This document shows, one piece after another, positions 16,581-25,195 of a DNA stretch of 33,794 nt. The number at the start of each line of letters is the position of its first letter. Position 1 is the stretch's first letter. Source of the stretch: an uncultured archaeon (GTDB lineage: Archaea > Asgardarchaeota > Thorarchaeia > Thorarchaeales > Thorarchaeaceae). The stretch covers positions 108,249-142,042 of the forward strand of contig CAZLEV010000009.1 of assembly GCA_964558645.1 (NCBI GenBank). Reading direction: 5' to 3'. The notes under the pieces are model-generated. The model was not told the DNA's origin. It saw nothing but the letters and a program-made list of their open reading frames with translations, and made no database searches. The translations under genes were made by a program, and so were the position numbers.

Positions 16581-19436
16581 CTATAGAACATTCTCGACAT
16601 GCTCTTCACTTGGCTCGTGAGGGAGTAAACGGTATACCGGTGTCAGCAGTCCAACAAGACTCGCGGCCAGTATCAGAACCCACGTGTCAATACCTAGAGG
16701 AACTGTTCCTACTGCCACCGAAAGAGGGGTATAGAGCGCCAAGAGAGTCAAGAGGAAAGAGAATCCGACGGAAAGCAGAAGGATTCTCGAACCTGTGATG
16801 TCTGTACGCCAGACGGGATTTCGATCATCTCTACAGTTCCAAACCCATAGAAGCTGGAACAAGACCATCGTGATGAATGTTGCAGTCCGAGATAACTGGA
16901 GCGCATCGGAATACAATGGATTCATCCAATCTACTGGCGGACCTGTAAGGCCCGGGATGTTGCCGATAGCAGCCCATAGGGTGTATAGATATACAAATGA
17001 CGCAGCAAAGGTGGCAAGAAGCCCTCCAATGAGAATCATCCGCATCATCCTTTTGTCTAGCATCCTACTTCCCGGCTTCCGAGGAGGACGCTGCATGATG
17101 CCTCTTGGAGGAGGATCAAAACCGAGAGCAAGAGCAGGGGGACCATCTGTTACAAGGTTTATCCATAGAATCTGTACAGGGGTCAGGGGGATGGGTAACC
17201 CAAGCATAGCCATCAGAAATACGATAAGCACCTCGCCGGCATTAGCTGACAAGAGAAACCTTACGAACTTCTGAATGTTGGCATATATCTCACGCCCAAC
17301 TTCGATGGCCGACACGATTGTTGAGAAGTTGTCATCTGTCAGCACCAAGTCCGAAGACTCCTTGGTGACTCCTGCTCCCCGAATGCCCATGGCTACTCCT
17401 ACATCTGCAGTCTTGATAGCCGGAGCATCATTCACTCCATCGCCGGTCATCGCAACGACCTGGTTTTGGCGTTTCAAAGCTTTAACGATGCGCAGTTTGT
17501 GTTCAGGTGCCACTCGTGCAAACACATCTCGTTCCTGTAATAGACGATCAAGCTCCTCATCACTAATCTCGCTGAGCTCCGATCCCGTGACTGCTCCAAG
17601 ATCAGACCGTGCTAGACCGACACTCCTCGCAATAGCTGTTGCCGTAAGAGCATGGTCTCCCGTTATCATGATAGGACGAACTCCGGCGGTTCGTGACTTG
17701 CGGATAGCCTCAACTACTCCCTCTCGTGGAGGGTCTATCATACCTACTAGCCCCACAAAGACGAGATCGGATTCCACCTCATCTGCATCCCATTCTGATG
17801 GGACAACATCTAGTTTCCTGTAGGCTAGAGCAAGAACTCTCATTGCACGACTTGCCATTGATGCATTTGCCTTGAGGATTTCCTCACGGCGTATCTTATC
17901 GAGTGATTGTTCAGCGTTACCTGAAAGAGTCTTGGAAGACAGTTCCAAGATGATCTCTGGAGCACCTTTCGAAAATGCCCAAGTATTCCCAGAGTCATCG
18001 CGAAAGACCGTGGTCATTCTCTTCCGTTTTGAATCAAAGGAGAACTCTGTTAGTTCTTCATATTCAGAGCGGGTCGACTCCGTGCTTATCCCAGCCTTTT
18101 CAGCTGCAACAAGAAGCGCACCCTCGGTGGGGTCACCTAGGACTTTGTAACTTGAGGAGTCATCAGGATTCGAGGAGAGAGTTGCACTGGAACAGAGTTG
18201 TCCCGTCTTCAGCAGCATCTGCAACTCTACACTCTGTGACACGTCAAAGAGCGGTTCCGTTTCGGACAAGTCCATGGAGTCAGCAGCAGGGGGGGCATGA
18301 TAGAATCTACCTTCTTTCGAGTATCCGGTTCCCGAGATGGTCACTCTTGACGATGGGAGGTAGACATATCGAACAGTCATCTCATTCTTGGTGATTGTAC
18401 CAGTCTTGTCTGAGCAGATTACTGTGGTAGAACCGAGAGTTTCAACACTGGGCAATCGGCGTACAATCGCATTCTTCTCAACCATCCTACTGACACCGAT
18501 GGCAAGGGTAACTGTGACAACAGCGGGAAGACCTTCAGGAATGGCTGCAACTGCAACGGCTACGGCAACGAAAAAGGCTTCATCCCAAGTATAGGACGTA
18601 TTCACAAACACAAGTGCGATGAAGACAATGATAGAAAGAAGAAGAACAATCCCTCCAAGTCTTCTTCCGAGATCTTCAAGATTCTGCTGGAGAGGGGTGA
18701 GTTCTTGCTCACTCTCTTGAACTAGACGTGCAATCTTGCCAAACTCGCTCCTCATCCCCGTGGCTGTGATTACCGCGGTTCCCCTTCCTGACGTCACAAC
18801 AGATCCCTGAAAGACAAGATTGACCCTATCGCCCAAAGGAGGGTTCTCGACAGGAATCGGTTGGACGGTCTTCTCAACCGAGAGTGATTCCCCAGTCAGA
18901 GCTGCTTCATCGATAGCCAACCCATACACAGAAAGAAGCCGACCATCTGCTGGCACGATGTTTCCAATTTCAAGGGAGATTATATCACCGGGCACCAGTT
19001 CTCGAGCCTCTACCTCCATCCATTCACCATCACGCTTGACAGCCGCTACAGGGGCGGAGAGTTCCCTTAGAGCGTCTAATGCTTTCTCGGACTTGTATTC
19101 CTGCACGAATCCAAATACCGCATTAATAAGGACAATCGCAGATATCACGATGGCATCGATGAATCCTTCCTCCTCATGGCTTCCATGCAGCAACACAGTG
19201 ATAACTGATATAGCAATGGCAAAGAGAAGGATTGCGACCATAGGATCAGCAAATTGCTGTAGGAACATTCGAAAAGGGCCCGCCCGCTGAACTTCCTCCA
19301 GCTCATTTGGACCGTATTTCTGAAGTCTTTCAGTTGCTTCAGCCTGAGTCAATCCCGAATCGGTTGTATTGAGGTGTTCCAGCGTTTCCTTTGGCGTTTC
19401 TCTGAACCAGTCCTGTTTTGTTGTCAAACACAGCAC
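16581..19436 (-). CDS. P-type cation-transporting ATPase, P2A (Ca2+-type)
   Basis: LTGES, VAAIPEGL, phosphorylation site CSDKTGT, KGAPE, DPPR, TGD, TGDGVNDAPA, SANAGE, WINLVTDG. Start may be TTG 19427 (GGAGTG RBS). Confidence 0.95.
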   Translation of the reverse strand: MLCLTTKQDWFRETPKETLEHLNTTDSGLTQAEATERLQKYGPNELEEVQRAGPFRMFLQQFADPMVAILLFAIAISVITVLLHGSHEEEGFIDAIVISAIVLINAVFGFVQEYKSEKALDALRELSAPVAAVKRDGEWMEVEARELVPGDIISLEIGNIVPADGRLLSVYGLAIDEAALTGESLSVEKTVQPIPVENPPLGDRVNLVFQGSVVTSGRGTAVITATGMRSEFGKIARLVQESEQELTPLQQNLEDLGRRLGGIVLLLSIIVFIALVFVNTSYTWDEAFFVAVAVAVAAIPEGLPAVVTVTLAIGVSRMVEKNAIVRRLPSVETLGSTTVICSDKTGTITKNEMTVRYVYLPSSRVTISGTGYSKEGRFYHAPPAADSMDLSETEPLFDVSQSVELQMLLKTGQLCSSATLSSNPDDSSSYKVLGDPTEGALLVAAEKAGISTESTRSEYEELTEFSFDSKRKRMTTVFRDDSGNTWAFSKGAPEIILELSSKTLSGNAEQSLDKIRREEILKANASMASRAMRVLALAYRKLDVVPSEWDADEVESDLVFVGLVGMIDPPREGVVEAIRKSRTAGVRPIMITGDHALTATAIARSVGLARSDLGAVTGSELSEISDEELDRLLQERDVFARVAPEHKLRIVKALKRQNQVVAMTGDGVNDAPAIKTADVGVAMGIRGAGVTKESSDLVLTDDNFSTIVSAIEVGREIYANIQKFVRFLLSANAGEVLIVFLMAMLGLPIPLTPVQILWINLVTDGPPALALGFDPPPRGIMQRPPRKPGSRMLDKRMMRMILIGGLLATFAASFVYLYTLWAAIGNIPGLTGPPVDWMNPLYSDALQLSRTATFITMVLFQLLWVWNCRDDRNPVWRTDITGSRILLLSVGFSFLLTLLALYTPLSVAVGTVPLGIDTWVLILAASLVGLLTPVYRLLPHEPSEEHVENVL

Positions 19437-19710
19437 TCCGATGTCCTTAGTTAGGCTGGCGCGGGATTACCCGTATATTACTCATTCTATGGGGGAAGAG
19501 GAGAGAATGTGTCACAGCTACACCCACATCTCGGTCGAAACTGAGGTTTCTCACGGAGAATAGGCCTCAGAGAATCCCAAAGTGTCATGCAGGTGCTTCA
19601 TCAGAGATGGCATGATCATGGTAATCATAAGTTGAACTTGTTTCACAAGAAACTTGGGCATCAAAGGTTTCTGTGAGAATGGTGGTGCTAGTTCCGTTGT
19701 GTTCTAGAAG

Positions 19711-22095
19711 CTACTTGTGGAATGTCAATACAACATTGTCAGAAAGTGGAACAATCCGTATGTGAGGAGATATTTCGTCCTCAAAACGGCCAGCCACCCC
19801 ACCGCCGTACACCTTAACCATGGACATCGCTCGGCTAGATGGCACATGCACCTCGATCTCCTGCGGGAGGTACTCAGTCCTCACATCGATCTGATGTTGA
19901 TTTGCTGAAATGCCAACCTCAATTTGCACCATGCCTGATTCCAGATTCATTTCCTTGACGGCGAGAGGTGTAGAAGACGTATACCATTCATCAGGTATTC
20001 CCGGCAGAATCACAAGATCTTGATCATCCTGATATCCAATCATATCGAGAAGGAGTACCAGAAGAAGAGAGGATGTGACCCCACTGCACCGCTGGCCGGT
20101 AACCCGCAGGGGGCGAGTTGAAACAACGAAATCAGGAAGCATCTTATAGCGAGAGATGACTTGCAGGAGTGCTTCAAGGATTCTTTCTACACGGTTGCCA
20201 TTATGCATTCGAGAGTAGTAATGGGCCAGTTCCAGCGTAGCGGTCACGCACACACGACTGCTACCATCCACTGCTGATGTGCGTACAAAGCCATCCACAA
20301 CGTGCAGCGACTCGATGGCCCTTTTCATGATCTCAGAATCGATTTCTTGAGAACCGAACAGAAACGAAGTGTCGAGGAGCGTGAGCGATTCGGCTTCGTC
20401 TGGAGAGGCTCCAGCAGTTCGCAATCCATCAGCAGCTTCGTCGGCTCTTGCCCTACACTTCTCGAGTAAGTTGGACAGTTCACGGTCTTCACCCAGACAT
20501 AGATCGTCTGAAACCGCCAAGAGTCGTGTCATAACTGATGATAAACGAATGATTCGTATGTACTCAGCATACGTGAAAGCATCTGCCTCAAAAAGCTCTG
20601 TATCGGAAGATTTCTCTGGAGAGCCCGTCTCGGAATCAGCAGCCTCCCGAATCTCGTCCATCTCAGTTCTCAGACGCTCAACCCAATCATCCGCTTCTTC
20701 TTGGGTCTTATCTGCACTAGAGGGTGGGGGGGACACATCCTCGATATCTTCTGGTTGAGAAACTGGAAGCTCGGGCTCATCCGGCTTCAGTGACTCGGCA
20801 GCTATATCTTGAATACGGGTCAGGAGGGGCCTGATGTTCAAGAGATACTCTTTGGCGTGACAGTAGCTGTAGACAAGAAGAGCTATGTTGCAGAGCTCGA
20901 TAATATCAGCGGATTCAAACCTGTCAAGTAGGGGCTTATTTTCTGCGATAGAGACCAAGTAGTCTCCCGCCCGCTTAGCGGCTCCAATCCTACACATCGC
21001 AGCAACAATTCGCCCGAAGTCTTGAGTCTGTCCGGACGCAATCTCTGCAGAGAGGGATTCGGCGCTCATCCCGACGGCTGCCTTGGCCTGAGCAAATGCA
21101 TCGTCCAAGTCAGGACTCGGAAAACAAGCAGATGTGGTGGTCTCAGAGTACTCGAACCATCGTTCCACGCTATCATCACGAAGATAGTCACCCATGATAT
21201 AGGTAGGAGAATCGTGGTCCTTGTGGGTTTTCTCCAGAGGAGATACAAAACGGAACCGCTTCGTTCCAGCGGGGGGTATCTCTTCTTCATAAACGAAGAC
21301 TGCTGTTGCAAGACCTCTTGCAGTTGAATACGACTCATCGTTTCTGTCCGTGAGCTCGCGTATCTCGCGTTTCAGATTAGGATTATCGGCAGTTGTCATC
21401 AGAGATCTTCTTGGAGTTTCATCCATCTCAAGCGCCAGGATGCCATCAACATGTACAGATTTCTTCTCAACGGAATACTCGATCGTCTGGATCGGTTCGA
21501 ATCCGGAAGGGGACATCGGCCGTATGACAACGTAGAATCTGAATACTTCTTTCTCAAGAGAGATATTTCGTGCCTCAATCTCAGTGACCAGTGCTTCACG
21601 CCCACTCTTATCAACCGAATGATGGATGAGCCGTGTGAATTCGATAGGTGCAGTGATACGTGACCACGAGAAGACCTGGTCTTGCGGCGAGAGAAGCTGA
21701 AGCTGTGTGTCATCAGCATCAAGCAGTGCAGGAAAGAGAGTTTCCCCGTCTTCTTCCAGCCAGATATCTATAGATCCACACTCCGAAATCGCTGTGGTGA
21801 GACCCGAGCTGTCAGCAAGACCGTGGTGTCCACAATACCTCCCACCAATGCACGCCCAATCCCCATCAAGTGGTTGAAGCTGAGTTTCAGCATCTCCTTC
21901 GAGCAACCTGTACTGCTCCAGCTGAACCCATTTGGGATACATCCAATCATCAGCCTGTGAATATATCTGATGGTTCAGACGGTTTCGAAGAACCTCAATG
22001 GCTTGCTCCTCTGATAGTGATTCGATGTTGTCCACAGAGACTCTGTGGAGAGAGGCCATTCGTTTGAAAGTACCTAATCTGTGAGATTCTTCCAT
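19711..22095 (-). CDS. Hypothetical protein, probable divergent six-hairpin glycosidase-like architecture (N-terminal beta-sandwich, helical barrel, C-terminal beta domain)
   Basis: Long ORF with GAGGAAAGGAG before ATG 22095. Beta-rich N-terminus, helical middle with an acidic Pro-rich insertion, and C-terminal LVILPGIPDEW reminiscent of the GH65/GH95-type C-terminal junction. The fold call is inference. Confidence 0.5.
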   Translation of the reverse strand: MEESHRLGTFKRMASLHRVSVDNIESLSEEQAIEVLRNRLNHQIYSQADDWMYPKWVQLEQYRLLEGDAETQLQPLDGDWACIGGRYCGHHGLADSSGLTTAISECGSIDIWLEEDGETLFPALLDADDTQLQLLSPQDQVFSWSRITAPIEFTRLIHHSVDKSGREALVTEIEARNISLEKEVFRFYVVIRPMSPSGFEPIQTIEYSVEKKSVHVDGILALEMDETPRRSLMTTADNPNLKREIRELTDRNDESYSTARGLATAVFVYEEEIPPAGTKRFRFVSPLEKTHKDHDSPTYIMGDYLRDDSVERWFEYSETTTSACFPSPDLDDAFAQAKAAVGMSAESLSAEIASGQTQDFGRIVAAMCRIGAAKRAGDYLVSIAENKPLLDRFESADIIELCNIALLVYSYCHAKEYLLNIRPLLTRIQDIAAESLKPDEPELPVSQPEDIEDVSPPPSSADKTQEEADDWVERLRTEMDEIREAADSETGSPEKSSDTELFEADAFTYAEYIRIIRLSSVMTRLLAVSDDLCLGEDRELSNLLEKCRARADEAADGLRTAGASPDEAESLTLLDTSFLFGSQEIDSEIMKRAIESLHVVDGFVRTSAVDGSSRVCVTATLELAHYYSRMHNGNRVERILEALLQVISRYKMLPDFVVSTRPLRVTGQRCSGVTSSLLLVLLLDMIGYQDDQDLVILPGIPDEWYTSSTPLAVKEMNLESGMVQIEVGISANQHQIDVRTEYLPQEIEVHVPSSRAMSMVKVYGGGVAGRFEDEISPHIRIVPLSDNVVLTFHK

Positions 22096-22292
22096 GACAA
22101 AGCAAGTCTCCTTTCCTCCTCTGCCCAAGCATATTTTATTTATCTGTCGGGTGTGTCAAGTGACGCTCTCATGCACTATACACTCTGCTAAATCCTTAAT
22201 AGCAGAGTCTTGATGGTTGTCCAGAAGGAACACTAACACTCCCAGTTCACAGCAGGGCTTGAAGGTTTCTCTAGAAATCGAGGAGGATATAC
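22096..22292. promoter_or_regulatory. Divergent promoter region
   Basis: Lies between divergent genes. AT-rich TATA-like boxes: ATATTTTATTTA at 22130-22142 (for the minus gene) and TTAATA at 22196-22201 (for the ABC operon). GAGGAGGA RBS precedes 22293. Confidence 0.4.
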
Positions 22293-23495
22293 TTGGCTGA
22301 AACTCTGACAAAACCATCAAGACGAATCAGAAATATGATAGCCAAAGAGCTACGCCTTATTGTGAAGGATAAGGTCGCGCTATTTCTCATATTTCTCCTG
22401 CCTGCGGCCCTGATTGGGATGCTGTATTGGGTCACCAATGAGAGCTCCATGGGAGGAATGCAAGCTGGGGGCGTCGATGGTGGCGGATCAACAGGGGGTA
22501 CTGGCAACGCGACGGATGATACAGGAGGTATTTTTGAGGGAGTAAATATCAGCATGGGACTCATCGACAAGGACACTACTAGAACCTACGACGGTGTGGA
22601 CCTGTCCGAGAACTTCACAGCTTATTTGGATAGCATTGTTTCGGACCTGAGGATATACAATAGCACAGAAGAAGCATTCAACGCATTGTACGAAGAGGAG
22701 ATATTGGGATACGTGGTGATTCCAGATGGGTTCGAGGCCAACCTAACCGTGAACGAGCCAACATATGTTCTGGTCCATATGGATGCAACGAAACTCATAG
22801 AACAGAGCACAGTTATGGGTGTCGTGCAAGGTGCGACAATCGCATTCAGAGCGTCAAAATTGTGGATACGCTCCGAAGTGTTTCCGAGCATCCAGATCGA
22901 ATTTGCTCCCGAAGGAGGATACTTGGAGAGCACTTTTGGAGGGTTCATCGTCATATTCTCAAGCTATCTAGGAATAGCCATGACATCAGCCCAGTCGATA
23001 GTGGGTGACGAGCCACTCAGGAGGATGCTTCTAACTCCAACCAACCGTCTCGAAGTCATCGTCGCAAAAGTCCTAGCCTACGTTGTAATCGGATTCTTCC
23101 AATCCCTCTTGCTGGTATCGCTGTGGGTCTTTGTATTCAACCTGAATCTGAATACGGGATTTGAAACACTGATCATTATCATGAGTCTGAGTTCGCTTAC
23201 TGGCTCCACGACAGGGATCCTTATCTCCGCGGTATCTTCAACCCGCTTGCAGGCCAATCAGATGTTTCTCTTCGTCCTATTTGGAACACTCATTCTCTCC
23301 GGATTCTTCATCGATGTGGGCATCATTGACGAAGTGATGCCATTGAATCAAGGACTAAAGATATTGATAGATACAGCATTCAAAGGACTGACTGTGGCTG
23401 ACGTAGCTGACCCCATTCTACGATTACTGGCTTTTTCGGCTGGAACAGTACTGCTAGCGACGTTCATATTCTCAAAGAAGCCGACACTAGGATAG
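22293..23495 (+). CDS. ABC-2 type transporter permease with extracytoplasmic domain
   Basis: KELRLIVKDK then TM1, a large external loop (GYVVIPDGF), LRRMLLTPTNRLEVIVAK signature, and five further TMs including LSGFF...MPL. Confidence 0.9.
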   Translation: MAETLTKPSRRIRNMIAKELRLIVKDKVALFLIFLLPAALIGMLYWVTNESSMGGMQAGGVDGGGSTGGTGNATDDTGGIFEGVNISMGLIDKDTTRTYDGVDLSENFTAYLDSIVSDLRIYNSTEEAFNALYEEEILGYVVIPDGFEANLTVNEPTYVLVHMDATKLIEQSTVMGVVQGATIAFRASKLWIRSEVFPSIQIEFAPEGGYLESTFGGFIVIFSSYLGIAMTSAQSIVGDEPLRRMLLTPTNRLEVIVAKVLAYVVIGFFQSLLLVSLWVFVFNLNLNTGFETLIIIMSLSSLTGSTTGILISAVSSTRLQANQMFLFVLFGTLILSGFFIDVGIIDEVMPLNQGLKILIDTAFKGLTVADVADPILRLLAFSAGTVLLATFIFSKKPTLG

Positions 23496-23508
23496 ATAGG
23501 TGACTCAA

Positions 23509-25191
23509 ATGGTAGAGAAGAATGCTACTGAAGACTTGGAAACCACTGAAACACCATCGTTTGTTGAAGAGGCCTATTTCTCGGGTGCAAGGATCGGAGA
23601 GGCGATCGATTGGGTCTTGAGCAGAAGAGATAGAGAGATTCACTGTGATGTGCAGGGTGGTCTCACAGCTTCTGGCGAAGAGGTAAGATTCACAGGGCGA
23701 GTACTGAAAGTGAAGAAAGGAGTCCTCTCTAGGATGATCGCTGTGCTCGTGGAGGAGGACCTGCGCAAGCGCAAGAAGACCCCTCTTGACAGAGTCTTGA
23801 CTGTTGGTAGTGATACAACGTCAACGCAAGATGTGGCAGCCATCCAGATCACAATGCAGAACTACCTGAAGAGAGACCTTGCTGATGATATGTTCTTCAC
23901 CGGCACTGAACTTCAGCAGGCAGTAAAGGATGTCAGTAAGAGGATAAAGGCCCATGAAATATCTTGTACCGTCTGGGGGAAGAGGGCATCGGACAAATTA
24001 CCCATCGTGATAAAGGGAGAGCTCATTGGAGCCTCTGTCGGTCCGGCCCCAATTCTTCCTGAGGGAAATTTGGAGGTAAGAGTAGAACCAGAAGAGGGCA
24101 TTGGCGACCCGAAGATCTACCTTGTGGCACAGCCACAGTTTCTCTTTGGACCCAGATCCAATCCGAATCTGACTGTTCTTGCTCAAAAGGTCTACATAGA
24201 ACCCTATTCTTGGAAAGAGTCTCCTGCCTATCGAGATGTTATCGAGGCTAGAAACCTCACAGTCACTCTGAAAAGTGGGAAGACCATTATTGAGAATGTC
24301 ACATTCTCTCTCAAAGAGGGAGAGATGCTGGCGGTGATTGGCGAATCAGGCGCCGGGAAGTCAACTACCATTAAGGCACTTATTGGGGATATTCCTTCAA
24401 CTGGGGTTGCAAGAATAGCGGGGATAGATTCACGCAACGCACAGAGAGTTCGTTACTTCTTCGGATACTGCCCACAAGACCTTAGCTATCTCTATTCAAC
24501 GTTCACGCCCTTGGAGAATATCGTGGCCTTCGGCAAGCAGTACGATATCCCCGAGTGGCAGCTCATCAAGGAAGGAAAGACCCTACTGCGCGACTTCGGG
24601 ATTCTCGAGAAAGGAAACAGCAAGACCAGCGAACTGAGTGGAGGGCAGCAGCGTCGAGTCTCTATCGCTGTCGCACTGGTACATCGCCCGAAGGTCCTGC
24701 TGATGGACGAACCAACAAGTGGCCTAGACCCAGATAACCGCAGCGAGCTCTGGCATTTCTTGGATTACATCAATCAGGAATATGGCACATCTATGGTCGT
24801 TATCACCCATTATCCCGTTGAAGCCGAGTTCTGTGACAAGGTCGCAGTCTTCATGCGAGGGAAGAGCCTCGTTGCATATGGCTCACCCAGTAGTTTGAAG
24901 GAGTCGATGCCAAACCGAGGGTTTGCCGTGGGTATTGTCCTTGAAGAAGTAGATCCTCGTGCCAGAAGAATCCTCGAAAATGTCAAGGGGGCCCAGTTTG
25001 TGCTCCAGCGCGGTGAACTTCTTAAGGTGTTCACAGAAGAACCGCTCCAAGTCATTGCGGAAAGATGCCTCACTGCACTAGAGCAGAGCGAAATTGGTGT
25101 GAAGATTGTCAAGACCAAGTCTGTCGCAGATATGGTTGACTACTACATCGCCGTCACAAGAGGGCTCATAACTGGTTTCATAGAGAAGTGA
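23509..25191 (+). CDS. ABC transporter ATP-binding protein with ~230-aa duplicated N-terminal extension
   Basis: Walker A GESGAGKST, Q-loop CPQ, signature LSGGQQ, Walker B LLMDE, D-loop PTSGLD, H-loop ITH. AGGTGA RBS at 23498-23503 favours ATG 23509 over GTG 23500. Confidence 0.9.
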   Translation: MVEKNATEDLETTETPSFVEEAYFSGARIGEAIDWVLSRRDREIHCDVQGGLTASGEEVRFTGRVLKVKKGVLSRMIAVLVEEDLRKRKKTPLDRVLTVGSDTTSTQDVAAIQITMQNYLKRDLADDMFFTGTELQQAVKDVSKRIKAHEISCTVWGKRASDKLPIVIKGELIGASVGPAPILPEGNLEVRVEPEEGIGDPKIYLVAQPQFLFGPRSNPNLTVLAQKVYIEPYSWKESPAYRDVIEARNLTVTLKSGKTIIENVTFSLKEGEMLAVIGESGAGKSTTIKALIGDIPSTGVARIAGIDSRNAQRVRYFFGYCPQDLSYLYSTFTPLENIVAFGKQYDIPEWQLIKEGKTLLRDFGILEKGNSKTSELSGGQQRRVSIAVALVHRPKVLLMDEPTSGLDPDNRSELWHFLDYINQEYGTSMVVITHYPVEAEFCDKVAVFMRGKSLVAYGSPSSLKESMPNRGFAVGIVLEEVDPRARRILENVKGAQFVLQRGELLKVFTEEPLQVIAERCLTALEQSEIGVKIVKTKSVADMVDYYIAVTRGLITGFIEK

Positions 25192-25195
25192 TGAG

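Noticed and set aside
16795-19290. Series of + strand ORFs (159, 182, 139, 156 aa and others) opposite the P-type ATPase, and similar antisense ORFs elsewhere
   Set aside because: They are shadow ORFs antisense to well-supported genes, Ser/Arg/Thr-rich, with no motifs or RBS.
19541-19570. CTGAGG/CCTCAG hairpin upstream of the P-type ATPase, considered as a yybP-ykoY Mn riboswitch
   Set aside because: There is no GGGGAGTA-type core, and a TATA-like TAATATA lies between it and the gene, implying a short leader.
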